Below, piece by piece: positions 1 through 8,682 of a stretch of DNA of 32,000 nucleotides. This DNA comes from Wolbachia endosymbiont of Dirofilaria (Dirofilaria) immitis (GTDB lineage Bacteria > Pseudomonadota > Alphaproteobacteria > Rickettsiales > Anaplasmataceae). Every line of letters begins with the position of its first letter. Within the stretch, counting starts at the first letter, position 1. The stretch spans positions 630,001-662,000 of the forward strand of contig NZ_CP046578.1 of assembly GCF_013365455.1 (NCBI RefSeq), read 5' to 3'. The notes under the pieces are model-generated. The model was not told where the DNA came from. It saw only the letters and a program-made list of their open reading frames with translations, and made no database searches. The translations under genes were made by a program, and so were the position numbers.

Positions 1-21
1 TTAAGTTAATATTGTAATTTA

Positions 22-50
22 TTGACATAACCACCGCCACTTATTATTAA
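22..50 (+). promoter_or_regulatory. candidate sigma70-type promoter upstream of dgt (TTGACA-N17-TATTAA)
   Basis: TTGACA lies at 22-27, followed by a 17-nt spacer and TATTAA at 45-50, 26 nt before the ATG at 76. Chance matches are common in DNA this AT-rich. Confidence 0.25.
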
Positions 51-75
51 TAACTCATTATAGTAGAAATTTTAC

Positions 76-1275
76 ATGTCAAACAATAATTTTCTCTTAA
101 GCTATGCATGCCTCCCACACAAAACGAGAGGAAGATATTTCAAAGAATTAGAGGACGAAAATCGCAGTTGCTTTCAGCGTGACAGGGACCGCATTATACA
201 CTCCAATGCGCTTAGGAAATTAGGGTACAAAACACAAGTTTTTATCAATTATGGAAATGACTATTATCGCACACGACTTACTCATAGTCTTGAAGTAGCA
301 CAAATTGCAAGATCTATTGCACGCAGGTTGGGTTTAGACGAAGACATTACTGAATGTATAGCACTTGCACATGACCTTGGTCATCCTCCATTTGGTCACA
401 CAGGTGAAAATGCTTTAAAAAAATCAGTTCGAGATTTGAATCTTGATAGTGAAAAATATGAATTTGACCACAACGTTCAAGCTATAAGGATTTTAACTCA
501 TCTTGAACAAAAACATGCCGACTTTGATGGCATGAACTTAAGTTGGGAGGTAATTGAAGGAGTTGCAAAACATAATGGCCCTTTACTTGGCAAAAATGCA
601 GCATTCCATACAAATAATCAGCTATTATTAGAATACAACAAAAAATATAATCTAGAACTTGAAAAATTTTCAAGCATCGAAGCACAAGTTGCTTCAATTG
701 CCGATGACATTGCATACAGTGTTCACGACCTTGATGATGCATTGAGAGGAAACTTAGTAACCATAAAAGACCTACTCGATATTCCTTTAATTGGAAAAAT
801 ATTTCAAGACATAAAAAGCAAATATTCAGAATTATCTCAAAATAAGCTGATACATGAATCACTCAGTAAAGCTATAGGAACTATGATAAGTGATGTTGTT
901 TCTCAGACTAAAAAAAACATTGAAGATTATAAAATAAAAAGTGTAGAAGACGCAAGAAGTTTAAATAAGATGCTAGTTATATTATCGCCAGAAATTGCAA
1001 ACGCTACAAAAGAAATAAAAAAATTTAACATAGAAAAAATATATAAAAGTTATAAACTCAATAGAACGATGAATAAAGCAAAACGTATAGTACAAGAACT
1101 CTTTCAATGCTTTTATGAAAATCCGGGACTACTACCCATAGAGTGGGATAGACTCACTTATGAATTCAAGCGTTCAGTAGTAATATGCGACTATATCTCC
1201 GGTATGACAGATAGATTTGCCATACACGAGCATAGAAGAATTTTTGATACCTCATATGAAATGACTTCTTTCTAA
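76..1275 (+). CDS. dgt: dGTP triphosphohydrolase-like HD-domain protein
   Basis: 399-aa ORF with an ATG start. It carries the HD-domain signature HSLEVAQIARSIA...LAHDLGHPPFGHTGE and the C-terminal ISGMTDRFA motif typical of the dGTPase family. Confidence 0.9.
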   Translation: MSNNNFLLSYACLPHKTRGRYFKELEDENRSCFQRDRDRIIHSNALRKLGYKTQVFINYGNDYYRTRLTHSLEVAQIARSIARRLGLDEDITECIALAHDLGHPPFGHTGENALKKSVRDLNLDSEKYEFDHNVQAIRILTHLEQKHADFDGMNLSWEVIEGVAKHNGPLLGKNAAFHTNNQLLLEYNKKYNLELEKFSSIEAQVASIADDIAYSVHDLDDALRGNLVTIKDLLDIPLIGKIFQDIKSKYSELSQNKLIHESLSKAIGTMISDVVSQTKKNIEDYKIKSVEDARSLNKMLVILSPEIANATKEIKKFNIEKIYKSYKLNRTMNKAKRIVQELFQCFYENPGLLPIEWDRLTYEFKRSVVICDYISGMTDRFAIHEHRRIFDTSYEMTSF

Positions 1276-1281
1276 TGAAAG

Positions 1282-2386
1282 ATGACCATTTTTATGTCAG
1301 TAGCATTAAAACTTACAGAAAGAACTCTTAAAAGCGTTTCACCAAATCCTGCTGTTAGGTGTGTTATTGTAAAAGATGGTATAGTAGTTAGTAAAAGCCA
1401 CACAGGAATTGGTAGACGTCCACACGCAGAAGCAGTCCCCTGCAAAGCGCTAAAGACTATAACTTATAGTGTGACTATGTACGTTACTCTTGAGACATAT
1501 TGCCATTTTGAAATTACAGAACCTTGTACTGCAGAAATTATAAGATCTAGAATAAAAAAAGTGGTGATTGCAATAATTAACCCAGATAAAAGAGTGTTAA
1601 GTAGAGAGCATCAAAGCCATAGAATAAGCTGAAATTAAAGCTGAGCAAGGTATTATGCAAAAAAAAGCAGAAAAATCGAACACATTGTTTTTTACTACTC
1701 AGAGATCACATAGATCATTCATAGCGTGCAAAATCGTAATGACTCTTGACGAGAAAATTGCAACATTCACAAGTAATAGCAAATAGACAGAAAGCAAAAA
1801 TACAGAAATTGGGCATACAAGCTCAGAGCAAAACATGACACAATTATGATCGGTAGCAATACTCTAATTAATGATAACCCACTGTTAACTTGTAGATTAC
1901 CAGGACTTGAAGATAAATCACAAACCAGACTAATTATCGATAGCCAAGGAAAATTAAAGGAAGAACACAATATTGCAAAGACTGCAGATAAAGTAACAAC
2001 TTGGGTGATTACAAACAAGAAAGTAGAGAAAAAAAATACAAAATATTAACTATCTGGTAGTTAACTCAAACAACAAACCTCCTATTACTTCAGTACCCTG
2101 GCACTGGGATTTAGAAAATTTAGCTCTAGATCAGTAAACTAAATGTTTATATAACAAGGCTACTAGTCAAAGGTGGAAGAGTGTTAGTCACAGAATTATT
2201 AAAATATAATTTAATCGACAGATTGATAATCTTATCATAGTAATAAAATTCATTGGTAATGATGCCATTTCTTTTATAGAAAATTTAGGAACTCAATTTA
2301 TCAGCAACTGCTACCAATTTAAGAAAGCAGAAGTAATAGACTTTAACGAGGATATAGTCGTCGAGGTTTGGAATAAATTGTTATAA
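1282..2386 (+). pseudogene. ribD: riboflavin biosynthesis deaminase/reductase RibD, disrupted by frameshifts and stops
   Basis: Hand translation recovers RibD in pieces. Frame 1, 1282-1632: SPNPAVRCVIVKDG...RRPHAE...YVTLETYCHFEITEPC (deaminase domain). Frame 2 from about 1628: AEIKAEQGIMQKKAEKSNTLFF...ACKIVMTLDEKIATFTSNSK, then TAG at 1784-1786. Frame 1, 1846-2049: IGSNTLINDNPLLTCRLPG...RLIIDS. Frame 3, 2160-2237: LLVKGGRVLVTELLKYNLIDRLIILS followed by two stops. The tail ends at 2386. ORF-track entries 1282..1632 and 1846..2049 are fragments of this one gene. Confidence 0.85.
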
Positions 2387-3445
2387 CCTCTACATGCCTA
2401 AATAAAGTAAAAAGGTGGAAGCCTACCCATAACAAATTAAGTTACTTAACCTCCAGAAAATTTAAGCACTATTAGTATAAACTCCAGTCCCATAACCTTC
2501 TTTGCCCAGGTCAGTTATGGCAGTTAATTTTTTAATTTCTGTTTCAACTTTATTCTAAACCAGTTCTTCTCCTTCTTTATTCCTTTTAGTGTCTTCAGAT
2601 GTTCTAGCTTCATTTATTTCCTCACCCTTACAGATTTGCTTATATGAACAATAAGCTAGTATAGCAAAATACGTGCAGTAACAAAAGAAAGCTGTAACTC
2701 ATACCAATGCTAATTTTTGTCACTATATACTATATTTCTCATACTTTGTATACCTTTACTTATAACACCACCTTTCAATAAAATCAACAACAAATTAAAC
2801 ATAGATACTAGAATACACAATTAAGTTATTTTTTTTCAAAAAAAAAATAAAATTTTAGCTGTCGATCTTCCTCCTAAACTGCCAATAACCATAAGCAGCT
2901 GGCTGAATTTTGATAAACCAATACTGTGCAGATAGATTAAAAAAAATTTTTGAAATCATAGCTCCATGCATAACTGTGCAAATACTAGATTTCTTGTGAC
3001 TAACCTTCAGCTATAAATAACTAAGAAACCTACTAAATAGAAAAAGAAGATAAAAAAATTCCACAATAGCTAGTATTCTTCCTAATTTCATATAAGCTAG
3101 TATTCATTATTAATTATCCTAAAAGCTTTATAAACGTACCTCAACTTATATAGGTAGTAAAAGCTTAAAACTTAATAAGTACATGAGGCGCACACATACT
3201 GATAAAATTAAATACAAGATACCAACTACGCAATGCTTTCATCGGTTAACCTGTGCAGATTTGAAGACAATTAGATATTATTATTATCATAATAAAGAAA
3301 CTAGCAAAATTTGCTAAGCAGTTTTTTTACCCTATCCTTATGAATCAAGAACATAAACTAATTAGCTATCTAGACAGTAGAAAGTAATGCCATTGATTAT
3401 ATTAACTCCATTTGTTATATATAATTTTTCTAAATATGAAAAATA

Positions 3446-5359
3446 ATGGGCAAGTATGACATAATAGTTATAGGTGGTGGTCATGCTGGGTGCGAAGCAG
3501 CTGCAGCTGCAGTTCGCCTTGGCGCAAACACGCTGCTTATAACCCATAAAATTTCAACTATAGGAGAAATGTCCTGCAATCCAGCAATTGGAGGAATTGC
3601 AAAGGGTATTGTAGTTAAAGAGATTGATGCCCTTGACGGAATAATGGGAAGAGCAATCGACCAAGCAAGCATACACTCAGTTATTCTAAATGGCAGCAGG
3701 GGTGCAGCAGTGTGGGGACCACGTGCACAGGCAGACCGGAAATTATATAAAAAAGCAATACAGGAAATTATCCTAAACTACAAAAATTTGGCAATAAAAG
3801 AAGAGTCAGTCGATGATCTCCTTATCAAAAGCAATAGTGACAAAGAGCTGCATATTAAAGCTGTTGTAACAAGCTCAGGTGAGCATATACTGACAAGTAA
3901 AGTTATTTTAACTACAGGAACTTTTCTGCAAGGTGTAATTCATATAGGCAAACAAACGATTCCTTCAGGGAGAATGGGAGATAAATCTTCAATAGAGCTT
4001 GCAAACACATTGAAAAAATATAATTTCAAATTAGGTAGACTACGTACTGGAACTCCACCAAGACTTGATTATAATACTATAAACTGTTCAATATTGCAAG
4101 AACAAATAGGTGATAATCCACCCAAGCCGTTTTCTTATCTCACAGAAAGAATTAATCAACCTCAAGTTTCATGTTTTATTACCTATACTAATGAAGATAC
4201 ACATAGAATAGTTCGAGAGAATCTCCACAGATCAGCTTCTTTATATCTAAATGACATTATTGCACCAAGATATTGCCCATCGATCGAAACTAAAGTCAAA
4301 AAATTTGCAGAAAAAAATAGTCACCAAATATTTCTAGAACCAGAGGGGCTTGATGATAATATCATATATCCAAATGGAATTTCAAATTCATTACCTATTG
4401 AAGTACAGCGCAAAATGATAAGGAGTATCAAAGGACTTGAAAATGCAGAGATATTGAAACCTGGGTATGCAGTTGAGTATAATTACATTGACCCACGAGA
4501 GCTATTTCATACCCTCGAAACCAAGAAAGTTAAAGGACTATATTTTGCCGGTCAAATTAATGGAACTACTGGGTATGAAGAAGCAGCAGGACAGGGAATT
4601 ATTGCCGGGATTAATGCAGCACTATCTGCAGCCGGAAAGAAAAAAAGCTTTATTCTCCACCGCACAGACTCATACATCGGCGTAATGATAGACGATCTAG
4701 TCACTAAAGGAATAATAGAACCCTATAGGCTATTCACCTCACGTGCAGAATACAGATTAGCAATTAGATCAGACAATGCAGATAGAAGATTAACACAAAA
4801 AGGGTATGATATTTCCCTTGTATCACATGAGAGATACTCTATTTTACAAGGCAAACTTAATTCTATTAAGCAACTCAAGAAAAATTTAGAGAGTCTAACA
4901 ATTACTCCTGAGCAGCTCAGGTTTTATGGTATAAAAATATCATATGACGGAATAAAAAAAACAGCATTAGATTTACTAAGCTATCCTAATATCAACTGGA
5001 ATAAATTGCAAAAAATATGGCCAGAGTTAAATAGTGTTACATGCTGGAATAATACCAAAATAAACGATGCAACCAAGAATGAAATATGTGAGGCAGTTGC
5101 AATTGAAGCAAAGTACAAACCTTATCTAATAAGACAAGAAGCAGATATGAAGTTTTTACGAGAGGAAATTAACACTCAAATTCCAATTAATTTCGATTAT
5201 TCACAAGTTCAAGGTTTATCAAACGAAGTAGTAGAAAAATTGCAGACAATAAAACCAATAACGATTGGTACTGCAAGGCAAATACAAGGTATCACTCCAG
5301 CAGCAATAGTTAGCATATTGGTACATTTAAGAAATAAGAAAATGAAAATTAGCTGCTAA
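3446..5359 (+). CDS. mnmG: tRNA uridine-5-carboxymethylaminomethyl modification enzyme MnmG (GidA)
   Basis: 637-aa ORF. It has the N-terminal FAD-binding motif [16 protein letters not shown], then [10 protein letters not shown] and TGTPPRL, with full-length collinearity to GidA. Confidence 0.97.
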   Translation: MGKYDIIVIGGGHAGCEAAAAAVRLGANTLLITHKISTIGEMSCNPAIGGIAKGIVVKEIDALDGIMGRAIDQASIHSVILNGSRGAAVWGPRAQADRKLYKKAIQEIILNYKNLAIKEESVDDLLIKSNSDKELHIKAVVTSSGEHILTSKVILTTGTFLQGVIHIGKQTIPSGRMGDKSSIELANTLKKYNFKLGRLRTGTPPRLDYNTINCSILQEQIGDNPPKPFSYLTERINQPQVSCFITYTNEDTHRIVRENLHRSASLYLNDIIAPRYCPSIETKVKKFAEKNSHQIFLEPEGLDDNIIYPNGISNSLPIEVQRKMIRSIKGLENAEILKPGYAVEYNYIDPRELFHTLETKKVKGLYFAGQINGTTGYEEAAGQGIIAGINAALSAAGKKKSFILHRTDSYIGVMIDDLVTKGIIEPYRLFTSRAEYRLAIRSDNADRRLTQKGYDISLVSHERYSILQGKLNSIKQLKKNLESLTITPEQLRFYGIKISYDGIKKTALDLLSYPNINWNKLQKIWPELNSVTCWNNTKINDATKNEICEAVAIEAKYKPYLIRQEADMKFLREEINTQIPINFDYSQVQGLSNEVVEKLQTIKPITIGTARQIQGITPAAIVSILVHLRNKKMKISC

Positions 5360-5377
5360 TTCTGTGTGAGACACACT

Positions 5378-7195
5378 ATGTTAAAAATCGAAAAATTTCG
5401 CTCTTTCATGCGTAAAATAAATGTAGATATGTTCATACTGCACACTAAAGACGAATATTTAAATGAATATTCAGATGAATTAACCAAGCTATGTGGTTTT
5501 ACAGGAACAAATGGGTTGCTCATTGTTACAAAAAACAATAAGTGCCCATTTTTTACAGATGAACGTTACATCATACAAGCCTATAATCAGCTCAATCAGA
5601 ACACTTTTCAAGTATATAACACACAAGAAGAGAATCCATACGAATGGGCAAAAGCAAACTTAACATTGACCACTTCATTAGGTTATCATCCACAGTCTTT
5701 TACCATAAAAGAGATAAAGAAATATGAAAATATTTGTAGGTTAGTACCCTATCCAATTAAAAAAAAAAGTAATCATAAAAAACAAATTATAGTTTCGCAT
5801 GCAGCAAAGTATTCTGGTGAAAGCAGCAAGAGTAAATGCGAAAGAGTGACTAAAAGCATAGATAAAGAAATTGAAGCAGTACTCCTGACTGATCCAAGTT
5901 CAATTTCATGGTTGTTAAATTTAAGAAACGAAAATGCTAAGCATACTCCGTGTATACTAGGTCGCGTTATATTATATAAAAGTGGCAATGTTGATTTATT
6001 TATTCAAGGTAAAGAATACTCAACTATACAAGCAAATTTGGATAACCACATAAATATTTTTGATACTAGTAAGCTAGAGAGTTCGCTACGTAGGCTAAGT
6101 TCGGTAATGATAGATCCAAGCACAACTCCAATGAGCATTATGGCCATAATACAAAGTAAGCGAGTAGTTGAAAGAGAGGATCCCTGTTTAATTCACAAAG
6201 CAGTGAAAAACCAAACTGAAATAGCCGGGGCTATAAATGCACACATTAGAGATGGAGTAGCAGTGACAAATTTTCTATATTGGCTTGAAAATAATGTTAA
6301 TAAGTCTCTTGCAAATTCACATATCATCCAAATAACTAACACTAAGACCAAGAAAAAAAATGCAGATTCCAGCATCACATGCTGGAATGACACAAAAAGA
6401 AATACTAATTTTTTGCCTGAGCAACCATTATATGATAGACCCAGTGAGATTACTGAACTCAAAGCTGAAGAGAAACTTTTAGAACATAGAAAGGAACAGG
6501 CTCTATTCAAGCAACTAAGCTTTCCAACAATTTCTGCATTTAATGAGAATGGAGCAATAATTCATTACCGTGCAAGTAATGAGACTAACAAAATAATTCA
6601 GAAAGATGGACTATACTTGATTGATTCCGGTGGCCAATATCTTGACGGTACAACTGATGTTACAAGAACTATAGCAATTGGCAACCCAACTAATGAACAA
6701 ATAACTCATTATTCAATAGTATTGAAAGCTCACATTGCTGTAGCAAGCGCAGTCTTTCCTTTCAGCACTACTGGCGGGGAGTTAGACATATTAGCACGCA
6801 CCCACCTATGGAAATTTGGAATAGATTATATACACGGTACAGGACATGGAGTAGGAAATTATTTATCAGTTCATGAAGGGCCACAAGCAATATCAAAAGG
6901 AAACAAAGTAAAACTTATGCCAGGTATGATACTTTCCAATGAACCTGGCTATTACATCCCAGGTAAGTATGGAATAAGGATTGAGAATCTTATGTACGTT
7001 AACAAACAAAAAAATTGCTTCTTAAACTTCAAACAACTTACTTCTATCCCATACGATAGAAAGCTAATAGATATGCAAATGCTTACTAAAGATGAAATTA
7101 AGTGGATAAACAGGTATCATCAGTCTGTCTATGAAAACCTAGAAAATAATATCAACAATAAAAAATGGTTAGAAAAAATATGTGCTCCTTTATAA
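5378..7195 (+). CDS. pepP: Xaa-Pro aminopeptidase (aminopeptidase P, M24B family)
   Basis: The C-terminal catalytic motifs are DSGGQY, DVTRT, HGTGHGVGNYLSVHEGP, SNEPGYY and GIRIENL. The ORF opens at GTG 5366, but I favour ATG 5378 (MLKIEKFRSF...). The start is ambiguous. The gene begins 7-19 nt after the mnmG stop, so it is probably co-transcribed. Confidence 0.9.
   Translation: MLKIEKFRSFMRKINVDMFILHTKDEYLNEYSDELTKLCGFTGTNGLLIVTKNNKCPFFTDERYIIQAYNQLNQNTFQVYNTQEENPYEWAKANLTLTTSLGYHPQSFTIKEIKKYENICRLVPYPIKKKSNHKKQIIVSHAAKYSGESSKSKCERVTKSIDKEIEAVLLTDPSSISWLLNLRNENAKHTPCILGRVILYKSGNVDLFIQGKEYSTIQANLDNHINIFDTSKLESSLRRLSSVMIDPSTTPMSIMAIIQSKRVVEREDPCLIHKAVKNQTEIAGAINAHIRDGVAVTNFLYWLENNVNKSLANSHIIQITNTKTKKKNADSSITCWNDTKRNTNFLPEQPLYDRPSEITELKAEEKLLEHRKEQALFKQLSFPTISAFNENGAIIHYRASNETNKIIQKDGLYLIDSGGQYLDGTTDVTRTIAIGNPTNEQITHYSIVLKAHIAVASAVFPFSTTGGELDILARTHLWKFGIDYIHGTGHGVGNYLSVHEGPQAISKGNKVKLMPGMILSNEPGYYIPGKYGIRIENLMYVNKQKNCFLNFKQLTSIPYDRKLIDMQMLTKDEIKWINRYHQSVYENLENNINNKKWLEKICAPL
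6366..6388. repeat. perfect 10-3-10 palindrome ATTCCAGCAT-CAC-ATGCTGGAAT inside pepP
   Basis: Read directly from the sequence. It lies within a low-complexity segment of pepP that looks like a lineage-specific insert. Its right arm begins the 27-nt motif shared with mnmG (5039-5065). Confidence 0.6.
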
Positions 7196-7257
7196 GTAAA
7201 GGAACAGTTTTTACTCTTTAATAAGTATTAATATAGATATAAAATAGGCATTATATA

Positions 7258-7286
7258 TTGTTTTTAATTCAAAAATAATATATAAT
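7258..7286 (+). promoter_or_regulatory. candidate promoter (TTGTTT-N17-TATAAT) for the 123-aa ORF
   Basis: TTGTTT lies at 7258-7263, followed by a 17-nt spacer and a perfect TATAAT at 7281-7286, 30 nt before the ATG at 7316. AGGTAGG sits 7 nt upstream of the ATG as a possible SD. The background is very AT-rich. Confidence 0.25.
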
Positions 7287-7315
7287 AAAATACATATTTC
7301 CAGGTAGGTATAATT

Positions 7316-7687
7316 ATGACAGATAAAGTGCAGGAAGATGAATTTATGAAGCAGTACATGGATACTTGTAAAGAACAGATAGAAAAACTAGCCAAGGATC
7401 CCGAGTTACTTAATCAAACTTTAAAACCATTTATGCAAATGTCTCAGCAGCTTATGGCTAGTAGTATGTTAGACAAATCTATTCCTGATATGGTATCTAA
7501 TTTGAGTAGTATGGATATCACCAAGGTGATCGCTCAAATAAAGGAAATGATTGATTATATAAAAAGCAACTATAAAGGGATCATGAAAAAAGATAGCTCG
7601 CAAATTCAAGAGCTTGATGAATCCAGTAAAAAACTGAGAGGCTTAGTCAGGAAGCTGATAGAAAAAATTGAAAATAACAAACAGTAA
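7316..7687 (+). CDS. hypothetical protein, 123 aa, predicted all-helical and acidic/lysine-rich
   Basis: Intact ORF with an ATG start and an SD-like AGGTAGG upstream. There is no signal peptide or TM segment, and I recognise no family. It is convergent with fabH, with an 11-bp gap. Confidence 0.6.
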   Translation: MTDKVQEDEFMKQYMDTCKEQIEKLAKDPELLNQTLKPFMQMSQQLMASSMLDKSIPDMVSNLSSMDITKVIAQIKEMIDYIKSNYKGIMKKDSSQIQELDESSKKLRGLVRKLIEKIENNKQ

Positions 7688-7698
7688 AATCGGAGTTG

Positions 7699-8682
7699 TC
7701 AGTAGCGTAGTAATACAGAACCCCAGGTTAGGCCTGCACCTATTGCAATTAGTAGTCCTAGACTTCCTGGTTTTATTTTTGATTTTCGTATTGCGTGATC
7801 AAGTGCTAGTGGAATTGACGCTGCTGAGGTGTTTGCATGTCGATCAACCGTATTAACCACTTTTTCTATAGGCAAATCTAACTTCTTGACTACTGCTTCA
7901 ACAATACGAACATTTGCTTGATGAGGAGTTACCCAGTCAATATCAGTAATCTTCAAATTATTGGATTTTAGTTCTTTTTCTACTGAAGCTGTTAATTTAT
8001 CTACTGCATGTTTAAACATTTCTCTTCCTTTCATGCATATTTTCCCAGGATTACCAGTTGAGGATACTCCTCCATTCGTATATAATATACCTATATTACC
8101 ATCAGAGTATAAGCTGGTTGATACTATGCCGCTACCTATGGACTTCTCTGTTGTTCCATCGCAATATAATGCAGATTTTATTACTATTGCACCAGCACCA
8201 TCACCAAATAGTACACAAGTTGACCTATCTTCCCAATCAATAATTCTAGACATTATCTCAGCACCTATAACTAGTACATATTTAATGTCATTATTAGCTT
8301 TAATAAGCGAATCAGCAACTGCAATTGCATATATAAAACCAGAGCATGCAGCTTGTATATCAAAAGCAAACGCATTTTTACATTTTAGTCTACTCTGCAC
8401 AATAGTCGCACAGCTAGGAAAAGTTTTATCAGGTGTTGTTGTTGCCACTATGATTAAATCAATTTCATCCACTAAAATCCGTGCCTTCTCTATAGCATTT
8501 CTTGCTGCATTAACAGCTAAATCTGACGTTAATTCTTCTTCACCTGCTATATGCCTCTGAATTATTCCTGTTCTTTGTCTAATCCATTTATCACTTGTTT
8601 CAACTATCAATGCAATCTCATCATTACTCAATGTCTTTTTTGGCAAGTAAGACCCAGTACTCAATATGAAACTTCTATTCAA
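7699..8682 (-). CDS. fabH: 3-oxoacyl-ACP synthase III
   Basis: 327 aa, with the active-site Cys motif AACSGFIYA, then HQAN and GAGLTWG. The only possible start in the open frame is TTG at 8682. It overlaps the plsX stop by 8 bp, which suggests operon coupling. Confidence 0.95.
   Translation of the reverse strand: MNRSFILSTGSYLPKKTLSNDEIALIVETSDKWIRQRTGIIQRHIAGEEELTSDLAVNAARNAIEKARILVDEIDLIIVATTTPDKTFPSCATIVQSRLKCKNAFAFDIQAACSGFIYAIAVADSLIKANNDIKYVLVIGAEIMSRIIDWEDRSTCVLFGDGAGAIVIKSALYCDGTTEKSIGSGIVSTSLYSDGNIGILYTNGGVSSTGNPGKICMKGREMFKHAVDKLTASVEKELKSNNLKITDIDWVTPHQANVRIVEAVVKKLDLPIEKVVNTVDRHANTSAASIPLALDHAIRKSKIKPGSLGLLIAIGAGLTWGSVLLRY

Noticed and set aside
482-862. 126-aa antisense ORF inside dgt. 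Similar shadow ORFs occur at 3481..3672, 5773..5988, 6193..6510, 7961..8560, 8058..8243, 8790..9215, 9319..9591, 13904..14131, 19040..19378, 20342..20536, 23316..23684, 23979..24215, 26115..26690, 26709..27047, 26738..26932, 27372..27584, 28466..28651, 29335..29532, 29601..29831 and 31046..31249.
   Set aside because: All of them lie fully inside, and mostly antisense to, strongly supported conserved genes. Their translations are low-complexity (Ser/Leu/Ile/Phe-rich) with no motifs. They are typical antisense shadows.
1282-2049. ORF-track entries 1282..1632, 1767..2018(-) and 1846..2049, considered as independent small genes
   Set aside because: The two + strand pieces are consecutive fragments of one ribD pseudogene. 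The minus-strand ORF is a shadow across it.
2496-2530. CCCAGGTCAG flanked by the inverted repeat CCATAAC/GTTATGG, superficially like the SRP (4.5S) RNA domain IV region
   Set aside because: It lacks the conserved GGAA/GCAGCC helix-8 elements and any extended helical structure. It lies inside decayed sequence.
2829-2847. T8-C-A10 tract that could fold as a hairpin
   Set aside because: It is a pure A/T low-complexity stem within a decayed region. It has no adjacent gene end for which it could act as a terminator.
4994-5002. Second CTGGAATAA 9-mer in mnmG (NINWNKL), 45 bp upstream of the TCWNN motif, considered as a possible tandem copy of the repeat
   Set aside because: Only 9 nt are shared, which is easily explained by chance, and the surrounding protein sequence looks like native GidA.
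5759-5768. A10 homopolymer inside pepP (other A8-A9 runs occur at 6353-6360 and in pepA), considered as a possible frameshift or slippage site
   Set aside because: The reading frame is intact across each tract and conserved motifs continue downstream, so there is no evidence of disruption. Such tracts are expected in a lysine-rich, AT-rich genome.
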